From Albugo candida (Eukaryota), in NCBI GenBank assembly GCA_040437565.1, contig JBDOQK010000001.1, positions 372,001-436,000 on the forward strand: DNA of 64,000 bases, in the 5' to 3' direction. Shown here piece by piece: positions 12,290 to 24,534 of this stretch. Both the position numbers and the translations under genes were made by a program. Below the pieces are notes generated by a model. That model was not told the origin of the DNA, made no database searches, and saw only the letters and a program-made list of their open reading frames with translations. Within the stretch, counting starts at the first letter, position 1; every line of letters starts with the position of its first letter.

Positions 12290-14080
12290 GGCAGTAACCT
12301 GCAATAGTTTGCTGCTATGTGAAATTGTCATCAAATGCGTAATACACGCTTCGAACAAACAATGTCTTCCGTGGACCGCAACAGCTCCAAAATCGCGATA
12401 TATCAAGCCCAGATCTCATCGTTTTTCGATGAACAATTTTCTTCTGCATGTCTCCTGCTAATCGTAAACGCGTCTTAGGCGGCCCGCGTAATGGAATTTA
12501 TGATCCTAGTGATCTCAAAAATCATTACTTACCGCTAGCAACTCGTCTCCAGCGATCCTGTAAAGCTGGCAACGATCACATCTGTTACCTGGTGTCTATG
12601 AATTTATTCAGTCTCTCAAGTACGCGCTTGTGGCGTTTAAATAATCCGTTTGAGCCGCTCAGGCGCACCAGCGTTACCATTATTGTCTTCATCGGCATCA
12701 ATATAAGAAGCCGGAGAGCCCTATCCAGTTTTATCCTTGGAAAGTTTTTTCTCGACTATATAATAGCATCATCGGGTCAACCGACCAAGAGCTGTATAGC
12801 TCTGATGAAGGAGAGACATCACAAGACACGACATTACGAAGAAGCGACATTACCATGGCGACGCTTAAAACCCCTCAACCAGAGAAAAACTGCCTGCGAC
12901 GCGTAATCATTTGGAAGAGTGTATCGGCCACATTTCTCAAAATAGTGAGATTTTTGAATCGGCTCTTCAGATCAATTATCTGGATGATGGGAAGGGAAAG
13001 AGTTATATCATCAATGTTCGTGAATGAGTGGAAGGATTGCTTCTATCTCAAGAGCTGGCTGTTTACACTGAAACAAGAGTCTGACTCTATCGGTGGAATC
13101 AGTGAGAGACTCCGAGTCCAAAACAAGCGATGCAACGCACTGAGAAAAACACTAATGTGGAGAATATCATAACGTTAACTTTGCTGAGTGAATTACACAA
13201 TTCATTGGCAACGTGGAAGGCTGAATTAGAGTATTAACAACCGGAATCGGATCTTGCCGTTATACTGAATGAGGAAGGCATGTAAGAAGCGCTATTACAG
13301 AGGTTCACTGATCTAGATGTCTTCCTCTTTTATAAGGCGACATACTTGAGCTAATATTATTTGCTGTTCTAGCTTTTCTAATCACTTGCCTCGGGTGACT
13401 CGAATCGCGGAATTGCTAAAGCACAGATCAAGTAACACTTGCTCTTATTTGTTATCAAACGATTCTTTCGAGATTGTTCTAATAAAGAAGCGGAAGAAGA
13501 ATTAGAAGTATGTTTCGCGAATTTGAAGAAAATGTGACGTGTCCCGACGGAAAGTCATTCTCGAAATATCTGTTTGAGACTATTTGGAAAATATGTAATC
13601 GTGTCCCTACTGTAAGTCAAGCATTGACAATCTCTACCTGATATTAATGCGTTACGTATTGATTTATCGCAATAGCCGCAAAGAGTACGTATAGTATTCG
13701 TCGAAGGTGATAGATTGCAGGCACCCGACAATGATTGCGCCTGACTAAGCGTGTCGATATACCGAATATTGGCGACCAAATACGCAAGAAAATATTCGTT
13801 TTCGAGAACGGATCTCAATTGTTATCATTGTGGTCGACTCGAAAATGTCGACAACAAATGTCCTGTCTTTGAAACCCAGGCTATTCCATTCTCGCGTCTG
13901 ACCGGAGCAGTCCGATGATGCGACTGTGATCGTCGTCTCTGGCAAAAAAGAACATGCTCCATCCGAACAGTTGAAATGAAAGACAGAGCAATGTGTATTG
14001 CTTGCAATGGGATTTGAGGAGTCGATCAAGAATCACGCACTCATGGATACACACTGGCGATTTTGCAGCAATCTCCGAGC
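12290..14080 (-). pseudogene. Decayed copy C of the multi-copy gene family (3' part)
   Basis: Collinear with 45040..46690 (e.g. AAGCCCAGATCTCATCGTTTTTCG; TGCTAATCGTAAACGCGT; ATGGCGACGCT-AAAACC). No long ORF. Strand inferred from collinearity with copies B and E. Confidence 0.55.
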
Positions 14081-15006
14081 TCCTTTGAAATATTCTTTTT
14101 GGCGCTTGTGTAACAGACGGTGATAAATTCCATGCATACATTTTATACTCGAAGTGTACAAAAACTTTCTACACGTTGAAACTGAAACAATCTGCCGATC
14201 AGAGCGGATGCTACACAATACAATCCAAGTATTCACACGTAACATGGAGAGCGTATACTTCAACCAGGAATTCTACACCTTCGCCTACCCTCTCCTTCTA
14301 CATGGAATTAGCCCTAGACTAGAAAGTTCTTTCTAGTTTTTAACAAATGGCAGAAACGGGTCGAATTTACACTAAAATCAGGTATCTTCTCTCTGCCCTT
14401 TTGACAAATCATATTCGTCAAATTGAAGCGTGACACCATTTTGCACCAGTTATGCTATTTCCCCACTTGAACAGTAATCAAGTATACAACAAATATTCGT
14501 ATACCTGCTCTCTTTTTCAAGAAGTCTGTTTTCAAATATTCGAATACAATCAAAGAAATCGGCAAAGAAGCTGAGCGCTCGCGAAGGCATTCTGCAATCA
14601 ACGACGTACCTCAGAAGCAATCCTCTGCTTGATACTCCTGCAGAAGATCCGAACTCGATCCTTTGCAATGGCGATTTTCAAACGGCAAATAAACTCAGCC
14701 GCTCAAAATCGACCCGAGTGCCCTCCTCACAACACACTCGCTGTGGATTCCTCTGGTGGACAACCCGTTGATTTGTGTTCGCTTTCTTTGATGCGAAATC
14801 GATTTATAATAAATCACTCAATTTTCTCTCATCGTTTTACAAAAAATCCGATAGCTCTATTACGAGAATCAATACAATGGCGTGTACCCTCTATGAGACG
14901 CAATGATATCAAAGAAGTGCATCCGAGTCCGTCGGTTGTCATATTACCATTCAAATTGGATACTCATACGTTGTCCCAAAAGCACCAGAAAGCGATAGAT
15001 CCGGCA

Positions 15007-15154
15007 CACCATCTTCTGTACCTGCAACCAGATTGTTTGGCTGATAGGGAGCCCAAGCTATATATTCCACATCCGAGCTTAGCGGAAAAGATGAGAATGC
15101 ATCTGGATGACGCCGATCAAGAATTAGCAGACGATGGTCAAGGGAAGCACTCAA
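15007..15154 (-). pseudogene. Isolated WD40 fragment resembling PWP1 (periodic tryptophan protein 1)
   Basis: 'LSASLDHRLLILDRRHP...LSSDVEYIAWAPYQPNNLVAGTEDGV' resembles the PWP1 WD repeat pattern S.S.D..v...D.R.P...dvE...W.p..p..f...teDG. No flanking exons recognised. Confidence 0.5.
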
Positions 15155-15184
15155 GTAGAAAAGATCGAACAAATTGGGATGGAA

Positions 15185-15785
15185 ATGACATCAGAAGGGT
15201 GTGGGGGAGTGTATTTTGTGTATGATAAGGCCCATGAACAAGTGAAGAGATGACTCGCGGTCTTCAAACCTCGAGACGAAGAGTATATGGCACCATACAA
15301 TCCTCGTGGACACGTGCAGGCGAATTCCACTGTTGGGAAAACCCAACATCCTGTTCAAAGTAGGGGACGGAGTTTCCGCGAGCGTGCCGCATACCCTCTG
15401 GATGCGACGTATGGCAATCTCAATGGCGTGCCAGTCACAAAAAATCACCAAGCTGAAAGTTGATGGCTTGCTGAAAGAAGGTTCCCTCCAGCACATTGTC
15501 TCGTCTTCGTCTTCCGCTGAGGACATGGGAACACTTCGATTCAGTGTATCGGAGGTTCATAAAATTGGTATTCTCGATATACGTTTATTCAATACTGATC
15601 GACATGCAGGAATTGTACTCTTGTCAACCAAAGGCTCAGAAATGAACACATTTCTCATGACTCCGATCGATCATGGAATGTGTTTGCCTTCATTTGAGCA
15701 TTTGAATGGAGCGTGCTTCGATTGGATGTCCTGGCCGCAATCTCGTCTTCCGTTTTCGTCATCGGAAAACCATCATATCGCATAA
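15185..15785 (+). pseudogene. Type II (gamma-type) phosphatidylinositol 4-kinase pseudogene, catalytic domain only
   Basis: Frame from 15185 reads 'EGCGGVYF..KR*LAVFKPRDEE.MAPYNPRG...RERAAYPLD...GVPVT' (TGA at 15251). A frameshift near 15440 leads to 'KEGSLQ...VHKIGILDIRLFNTDRHAGIVLL...PIDHGMCLP..FDWMSWPQ'. Catalytic-loop Asn is replaced by Ile. Confidence 0.85.
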
Positions 15786-17232
15786 AGTGAGCCGTATCTG
15801 CTCGAAAATCTGGTTGCCGATTACATGAAGAGCGGCACTGAAGAGGATGTAATAAGCCGCGAATATTGTGATATTTTGGCCGAGACAGCCACTCCGAAAC
15901 TCGTGCAAATTCTGTCACATTGTAGTCTACAGTATATATCTTGTAAAGTGCGATAGGGCGTGTAATAGTAAACGCACTGTACTCTATACAGCCAAAGCAT
16001 TCGAAGTAGAATTAAATAACAGATACAACCCCCTTTGTTCCGTTTACATTCTGTTAACTGATCAAAAACAATAATTACCGTAACACGTTTCCCGTTCTAA
16101 AAAAGAATGTTTACGTCTGCTGTTCATGACGTAGTCGCTAGATCCAAACAAAAAGCAAAGCAGAATCTGTACGGATCAGCTAAACGTTATGCTTTCAAGA
16201 CCGCTAGTACTGAACTCTATTTTGTTGCATTAAGTGATAAAGACGATCGAGAAAGCGGATGCGGATGGATGGGTGGGAAATTTAGCTATAGGATGCACAA
16301 CATTCTTTGTTTGTATGCGTATTACTTGTCTCATNNNNNNNNNNNNNNNNNNNNNNNNNNNNNNNNNNNNNNNNNNNNNNNNNNNNNNNNNNNNNNNNNN
16401 NNNNNNNNNNNNNNNNNNNNNNNNNNNNNNNNNNGACGTAGTCGCTAGATCCAAACAAAAAGCAAAGCAGAATCTGTACGGATCAGCTAAACGTTATGCT
16501 TTCAAGACCGCTAGTACTGAACTCTATTTTGTTGCATTAAGTGATAAAGACGATCGAGAAAGCGGATGCGGATGGATGGGTGGGAAATTTAGCTATAGGA
16601 TGCACAACATTCTTTGTTTGTATGCGTATTACTTGTCTCATGCATCCGAGTATACTTTGCCACGTTGCAAACTCACATAAATCAGAATGGAAGGAAAATA
16701 CAGCTGACAGTCCAACGTGCTCTATATAGTGTATAGTGCGTCTCGGTCGCGTGAAAAAAGGCCATTTCTGCCTCTATGGATCCTCTCACTCGTGTTTGAA
16801 CTCCATCGTCCAAGCAACCTCAGAACTTATTCCCATGTTCGGGACATACGACGCACATAGCAAGGAGCGTCTCCAGGTTGATACTTCCATTAACTTGACT
16901 CAACTCTAAAAATATGCGACATGGTGGAAGGGGTGAGATGATTAGCTAAAATTTCATGAATATACGTATACCCTACTGAATGTAGATGCAGCCGCGTATA
17001 CCTTTGGAAAGCCTATATGAATCACTCATCAAATTGCTTCTAATCGCGAAGATCCTACTTTTTTATATTCGAAAGTATACATTGTCGCCTCGTATACAAT
17101 AATGATGATGTAAACTCGCCATGAATTGTGTGACGTATGCAAGAATTTATGTATTGGGTACAGCTGTCTCCACCTGGGTACCATTGACGCAATAGAGCGT
17201 AATATAGAAATTCGAACCCACGAAAACTCACC

Positions 17233-18516
17233 ATGAAAGCAATTGAACTCCTCATCAGTCTTTTTTCTTCAACTTCATTTTTGAATTTGTCTTCAGCACA
17301 GTGTTCTGTCGATTCATATCGGTACGACGTGACAAAAGTGTACATCTGATCACTGCCAACTCTGTTCTTCGATAGAATGACAGTAGCTACAAATTCTTGC
17401 GCTTGTCCTTGCGCTGCCTCCAGTACAAAGGAGCAAAAAGTTAATCTGAATAAAATACGAGAAGAACTTGTCGGGATTTTCGAAGAAAATGGGAAGATAG
17501 GACCTACTTTGGTACGAGTTGCCTGGCATGCTTCGGCATCATTTAGCGGCAGGGACGGGAGTGGAGGATCTGATGGAGGAAGGATCCGATTCAAGCCCGA
17601 AAGTGCCTGGGTTAAAAACACCGGACTTGACAAAGCTGTTGCAGTACTGGATCAAGTTCAAAAGAACAACCCTGAGATCACGCATGCAGATCTTTACATT
17701 TTCGCTGGTGTCACAATGATTGAGATAATGGGTGGGCCAAAGGTTCCGTTCCGATTAGGTCGGAAAGATGCTCCTGACGGGAGCACCAGTCCGCCAGATG
17801 ATAGACTGCCTAGTGCCGACAAGGGGTGTCCGGTCAAAACAGCAGCGCATGTGCATGATGTCTTTAGCAGACTGGGATTCAATGATCGTGAAACGGTTGC
17901 ATTGATCGGCGCTCATGCCGTTGGACGTGCGCACCCAGAATTGAGCGGTTTTAGCGGTCCCTGGACTGAGACGGAAAGGAAATTCTCAAACAAATATTTC
18001 AAGAATTTGCTGAACGTCGAATGGAAGCCAACCGAAGGGAAAAGCCCGACACAGTTCAACAACCCTTCCAAAACACTGATGATGCTTCCTTCCGACATGG
18101 TTCTTATCCAGGATGAAGCGTTTCGTCCTTTTGTCGAACTCTACGCCCAAAATGAAGAAGNNNNNNNNNNNNNNNNNNNNNNNNNNNNNNNNNNNNNNNN
18201 NNNNNNNNNNNNNNNNNNNNNNNNNNNNNNNNNNNNNNNNNNNNNNNNNNNNNNNNNNNNGGAAAGGAAATTCTCAAACAAATATTTCAAGAATTTGCTG
18301 AACGTCGAATGGAAGCCAACCGAAGGGAAAAGCCCGACACAGTTCAACAACCCTTCCAAAACACTGATGATGCTTCCTTCCGACATGGTTCTTATCCAGG
18401 ATGAAGCGTTTCGTCCTTTTGTCGAACTCTACGCCCAAAATGAAGAAGTCTTCTTCAAGGATTTTGCTGTTGCTTTTCAGAAAGTGACCGAGAATGGGGT
18501 CAATTTTGAAGATTAA
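17233..18516 (+). CDS. Class I heme peroxidase, cytochrome c peroxidase-like; probable 5' exon 17233..17321 encoding a signal-peptide-like leader
   Basis: Distal 'LVRVAWH', proximal 'GAHAVGRAH', 'GPWT', 'MMLPSD', C-terminal 'ENGVNF'. Phase-2 GT-AG intron 17322..17375 joins MKAIELLISLFSSTSFLNLSSAQC in frame. 17973..18160 is duplicated across the gap (96 spurious codons). Confidence 0.9.
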
Positions 18517-18943
18517 AGAACAACAGGGAACATTTGATGAAAATATGACAAACATTCGCATTGTTTTGCAATATCATCATCGCTTTTTGATTGAATATAA
18601 TTGTTTTTTTCCATATTTGTAAGTTGTGCTTCCTTTTTATTCCGTTGAATCTTATCTCTGTGAATGTATGGTTTTGCTGTTGAAAATCTGGCAACAAATG
18701 CCGATTCTATACAGTGCAGCCCTAGTCCTACAGAGACTTGCATTCACCACCAAAAAATGGTTTTAGCGGTCGCATTCATCCAATACTTTAATCAAATGAA
18801 ATGCTGTTGAATACTGAAATCCCATCCGAAATGCTGTTGAGAAGGTGAACACCATCGAGTTCGGTCCCATCAACGGATTTTGATGGAAATGAACCCGACG
18901 CAATCTCACCTTCTCGATAACACACTTTCCAACTTGCAAAATT

Positions 18944-20020
18944 ATGACGAAAACCAACCTCCCCTTACTACAAAAATTCAAACGTTCATGGATCAAAATG
19001 ATTGATGCCGCCCAGCGTCTAGTGACTTGTTGTGGATCGATTGATGACACTGCTAAACGAGTGGTACCTGTCTCGCCTATGGAGAAATTCCCGATGAAGA
19101 AATTGGCCTGGAGAAGAGGTGGAATTCATCCAGAAGACCGAATTCGACTCTACATGAATCCGCAAATTGAATCTGATGGCAACGATTATGCGTCGATGAA
19201 AGACGCTGAAGATGTTCCCCCACCTACCACTCTGTACAAAGCTCTATTGAGTACGATCAAACAATACGACACCAAATGCAAAACACGTGCAGGAAAAAAT
19301 CTGCTCTCCGATTATATCGCAACTCGACGCGATATCAAAGTCGATTTGGAACGAACTTTTCCAGGCGAAAAATGCTGGATCAACACCAAAAAAGGCCAAG
19401 CCTCACTGAAGCGTGTACTTCTCGCGTATTCGGTTTTGCATGAATGCAAAGGATATGTGCAATCAATGTCGCATATTGCTGGACGATTGCTGTGTATCGC
19501 ACGTGAAGGCAAAAAGATGAAATCACTCAAAATTGAAGCCTGCGTATTCGATTTATTGAGAAAGATATGCGACAGATTCTGTCCTACAACGTACTGTGAC
19601 GGAATGGAAGGACTCCACCAAAGTGGTGCGATCCTCGAAGAACTTATCCGTGATCGTCTTCCAGCCTTATCGACCCATCTAGAGGCCCGTGGATCTTCTC
19701 ATCTTGGACTTATTTTGGCTACAAATTGGTTTCTTCCCCTTTTTTGCGCCGACTTTTTCAAAGAAACGACGAGCAGGATTCTTGATATCATTATGACCGA
19801 AGGACCTGACACTATGTACGCAATCGCAATCGCCATACTACGAATGAATCAAGCCTATTTGATGAATAGTGACTTGGATTTTTACGAAATATTTGGATAC
19901 TTGAAAAAGTTTACGACACGTATGACGAATGTGGATCTTCTTCTCGCCAATGCAAAGAGAGAGTGGGGATTCCTACGCTTGAATGTTTTTTCAGAAAAAC
20001 CACGAATGAAATTCCTGTAA
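18944..20020 (+). CDS. TBC-domain Rab GTPase-activating protein
   Basis: Catalytic IxxDxxR ('IKVDLERTFP') and YxQ ('GYVQSMS') motifs, plus 'LKRVLLAYS' and 'WFLPLF'. Confidence 0.88.
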   Translation: MTKTNLPLLQKFKRSWIKMIDAAQRLVTCCGSIDDTAKRVVPVSPMEKFPMKKLAWRRGGIHPEDRIRLYMNPQIESDGNDYASMKDAEDVPPPTTLYKALLSTIKQYDTKCKTRAGKNLLSDYIATRRDIKVDLERTFPGEKCWINTKKGQASLKRVLLAYSVLHECKGYVQSMSHIAGRLLCIAREGKKMKSLKIEACVFDLLRKICDRFCPTTYCDGMEGLHQSGAILEELIRDRLPALSTHLEARGSSHLGLILATNWFLPLFCADFFKETTSRILDIIMTEGPDTMYAIAIAILRMNQAYLMNSDLDFYEIFGYLKKFTTRMTNVDLLLANAKREWGFLRLNVFSEKPRMKFL

Positions 20021-21059
20021 TGCTGCAGACTCTTATTTAGTAGATATAGAACGAGAGCAAAGTACAAGTAGGCATCATAGAGTAGCCTAAAAAGCTGTGT
20101 CGTTTATTTGTCTATTTAATAATCACCTTCAGTCTTTTTGTGAGTTTTCCTTATTGCATTTTTGCGATTTCACGCTTAGCAGTGTATTACATTTTGTTGT
20201 ATGTCTTGCAAACGCGCAGCCTCTGATAGAAAAGATATACGGCTTTCATTTGTTGATAATACTAATTATGAGAATGNNNNNNNNNNNNNNNNNNNNNNNN
20301 NNNNNNNNNNNNNNNNNNNNNNNNNNNNNNNNNNNNNNNNNNNNNNNNNNNNNNNNNNNNNNNNNNNNNNNNNNNNATACTAATTATGAGAATGGAACAA
20401 TTTTCAGAGGCTCAAAGAAACGCTATACTGGCAATAAAAAATGCTAACGCTCTTTTCGTTGGCGATAGCTATGTCTATCCACATCTCGTGACTAGATGGA
20501 TTTCTCGATCGATTTCTGTTCTTTTGTTTTTCCTTATTCCCAAGAGACTCCACTTTTTGATCCACAACTTTTACACATCGAGTCATTTTTGAGCCGCTGC
20601 AGCGAAGCGAACATTACTGCAGTGCAGGAAAGAGGAAATAGTTTGCATCTTCGCTTATCGAAGCACACATTACAACGTTGCATGTGTCTGCAATACATCT
20701 AATGGTACATTCCGCAAACCTCATACCTGAAGAAATTTGTGTCAGAGGTTACGAAGCATGAATGAATGTTTTTGCACCTCGACATGCGTCGATTGATTGA
20801 GACGCGCTGCATTTTCTTGTGGCACAGAACTTCGAGTGCTCCAGCCATTACGTGATTTGAGTCCTTTAAATAAGGAGCAGGTGAAGCTCAACCACAACCA
20901 GAGGAGCTTCTTTATGCAGCAGCCGCGTACCGGTCCCTTCGTGACATAATGATTAGCGAAAGAATTCTACATTGAAGAAGTGGTACTGAATTTTGATGCG
21001 TTTTGTACATGAAAACTTGCATCCGTCATATATGAGTTCAATTTCACACCAATAGAGCC

Positions 21060-23551
21060 AACATCGATGAAGGTAGTTCTCCTTCTTGAGAAACTCATGC
21101 TCTATTTTGGTCACCATATTTGTTACTGATATTTAGATCTGGGGCTCCTCTAGAGAAAATGAGCTACTTTAGCATTAAAAGGCGGTATTTTTGATCGATA
21201 GTTCTGCGAGAGTGAGTCATCCTGCTAAGACATCGCCGAAGCATCTCTATAATGCGCAGTAAACAGAACAAAAACACTTGTCATGTGACAGCACAAATTC
21301 ATAAGAACACGAATCACTAGAGCTCTAAGAATACCAGTTTCTAGTCCCAGTCATTGTCACTGTATCGGTGCCATCGTCTGTCGTAGCTGACAATGCTATC
21401 CCTTTCCATTTTCCCTATCCAATTGCATGACGATGTGAGTTGCGAAAAGTTGGACCATTTACATGCAAAGTGCAGAAAACCGATTCAGTTCCTATCTATC
21501 CGCCTGAGCGATCTGGCCAGAGCAGCTGTAGCCTCCTTTGTCCTGCATTATAAGCCCGGATGGAAGCTTACTAAGGGCGCACGCTCTGAATAAGGGAAGA
21601 ATGTTCCTCGTTCATTTCTGCGGAAGCCGCAAATGTTTCTTTGGAATACTGCTCGCAAGATGAAGCTCGCTAAAACACACATCAGCATTCAGTCATTGTC
21701 AACAACTTTTGTAAACGCTACAGCCTCGTCAAACGTTCGGTGCGATGCCGCTGGTATATCAATGTCAGAGCGTGAATCAGCTGAGCAATTTCTGAAAACA
21801 TTACATCAGCATTTGTGAAAGGCGAAGCTGGTCCGACTTTTGAGTTTCGAAGGAGTCACTCGTCTGAGTCGTTTCTGCGTTCAAAACTGAATCTGCGTAC
21901 AGCTAGCTCATCGATCTAAACTAGATGAAACTCGATTACTGCTCTATACCGACTCTTTCAATACAACACGCTCTCAGGACAGAAGGGTAGTGAACCTCGC
22001 CGAAAACGAGCAGAATCGCTCCTTGACTCAAAACCACATCAGATGGTAGCGAATGAGTCGGTCCAATTGTGTATCATCTTTCCTGAAGGGAAGGCGAAAG
22101 TGCGATTGTCAAGCAGCGCAATGCTTTCATTATATGTGAATTGAGCGAATGCATGCGTTCAACTACAACGTTGAGTTTTTCTCATTCTGCATTCTCAACT
22201 CAAACTCATAAAATCTTGACGTATGTTGGTGCCGAATCAGAGCCCGGTTTTATGCNNNNNNNNNNNNNNNNNNNNNNNNNNNNNNNNNNNNNNNNNNNNN
22301 NNNNNNNNNNNNNNNNNNNNNNNNNNNNNNNNNNNNNNNNNNNNNNNNNNNNNNNAACATCGATGGAGGTAGTTCTCCTTCTTGAGAAACTCATGCTCTA
22401 TTTTCGTCACCATATTTGTTACTGATATTTAGATCTGGGGCTCCTCTAGAGGAACTGAGCTACTCTTGCATTAAAAAGCGGTATTTTTGATGGATAGTTC
22501 TGCGAGAGTGAGTCATCCCTGCTAAGACATCGCCAAAGCATCTCTATAATGCGCAGTAAACAGAACAAAAACACTTATCATGTGACAGCACATAAGAACA
22601 CGATGCACTAGAGAGCTCCAAGAATACCAATTCTTAGTCACAGTCACTGTCACTGTATCGGTACCATCGTCTGTCGTAGCTGACAATGCTATCCCTTTCT
22701 ATTTTCCCTATCCAATTGCATGACGATGTGACTTGCGAAAAGTTGGACCATTTACATGCAAAGTGCAGAAAACCGATTCAGTTCCTATCTATCCGCCTGA
22801 GCGATCTGGCCAGAGCAGCTGTAACCTCATTTGTCCGGCATTATAAGACCGGATGGAAGCTTACTACGGGCGCACGCTCTGAATGAGGGAAGAATGTTTC
22901 TCGTTCATTTCTGCGGAAGCCGCGAATGCAAACGTTTCTTTGGAATACTGCTCGCAAGATGAAGCTCGCTAAAGCACACATCAGCATTCATTCATTGTCA
23001 ACAACTTCTGTAAACGCTACGGCCTCGTCGAACGTTTGGTGCGATGTCGCTGCTATATCCATGTCAGAGCGTGAATCAGCTGAGCAAATTCTGAAAACAT
23101 TACATCAGCATTTGTGAAAGGCGGAGCTGCTCCGACTTTTGAGTTTCGAAGGAGTCACTTGTCTGAGTCGTTTCTGCGTTTAAAACTGAATCTGCGTACA
23201 GCTAGCTCATCAATCTAAACTAGATGAAACTCGATTACTGCTCTACCGACTCTTTCAATACAACACGCTCTCAGGACAGAAGGGTAGTGAACCTCGCCGA
23301 AAACGAGCAGTTTCGCTCCTTGACTCAAAACCACATCAGATGGATTAAATGAGTCGGTCCAATTGTGTATCATCTTTCCTGAAGGGGAGGCGAAAGCGCG
23401 ATAGTCAAGTAGCGCAATGCTTTCATTTTATGTGAATTGAGCGAATGCATGCGTTCAACTACAACGTTGCGTTTTTCTCGTTCTACATTCTCAACTCAAA
23501 CTCATAAAATCTTGACGTATGTTGGTGCCGAATCAGAGCCCGGTTTTATGC
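21060..23551. repeat. Diverged ~1.2-kb direct duplication across an N-gap (21060..22255 vs 22356..23551)
   Basis: Near-identical text with scattered substitutions and small indels. The ORF pairs 21393/22686 and 21633/22926 differ at several residues. Confidence 0.9.
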
Positions 23552-24085
23552 AGCGTGTCGATCCATATTTCCTTCTGCTAAGTGAGTACACGACGCCAAC
23601 TCACGCAAAGTATTTGAGCTTCTTCGTAAGCGTAGGTCTGCTTTGGTCGTAAACAGCTAACGAGCAATTCTGACTTCGGATCTGTTGCGGAAAGAAGTTT
23701 TGCCAATCGGACTCTGCATACTGGCGTTCGTAGAGACTCAAAAATCACGTGAAACGATGGCTTATGATGTGAGGAAGGCCTGAGTGAAATAACAAACAAA
23801 TCACCAGTTTCCAAGGACTAAAGCAGGCGCTGCACCACTACTTTCCTCTCTTTGACCCAAATCTACTCGATAAAGATATAAAGTGTCAAGACTGCTGGCA
23901 ACTACATCTGAGTTGGTGAAGCACTTCAAGCGTACAAACTAATTATTTGGGTGGCAAAAATGCGATAAGCGAGTCTGACTAAACAGTATGTCTGGTACAC
24001 TAATCAAAATAATCCTTAGATAGTGTGCATCCGTTACACCTTTTCTAACTGCTACAATCCGAATATCTTCCATTTTCACCCAAAA

Positions 24086-24458
24086 ATGAGCGATCTCACA
24101 TCGAGATTCGAGGCTGCAGCGGCGCGCGTTCTCCAAGTCAAGAGCATGGTAGGATCACCCCATCGCGCATATCATCTATTCACTCACATTCATAATTCCT
24201 CAAAGGATAATACCAAAAAATTGCAGCTTTATGGCCTCTTCAAACAGGCGAAATTAGGCGATTGCAATGTGGACAGACCGGGAATGTACGCACCACATCT
24301 CCTCATAGAAACCTTTGTTTGACCATCTGTTACCGCAAAGGATGTCTTTTGACGCGACAGCTAAATATAAATGGGATGCGTGGAATCAGAACAAAGGAAT
24401 GTCTCAAGAGGAAGCCATGGAAAAGTATATACAACTAGTGGGCCCATCGTCCACTTGA
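24086..24458 (+). CDS. ACBP: Acyl-CoA-binding protein, 3 exons (24086..24148, 24206..24285, 24341..24458)
   Basis: 'FEAAA..V', 'KLQLYGLFKQAKLGDCNVDRPGM', 'KYKWDAWNQNKGMSQEEAMEKYI'. GT-AG introns of 57 and 55 nt. The last few codons are uncertain. Confidence 0.9.
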
Positions 24459-24534
24459 CATGTTACAATTGGAATGGTAGACAAAGCTGCTCAATAACGA
24501 GCAAAAGCGTTTTTGTCAAAAAAAACTCAATACT

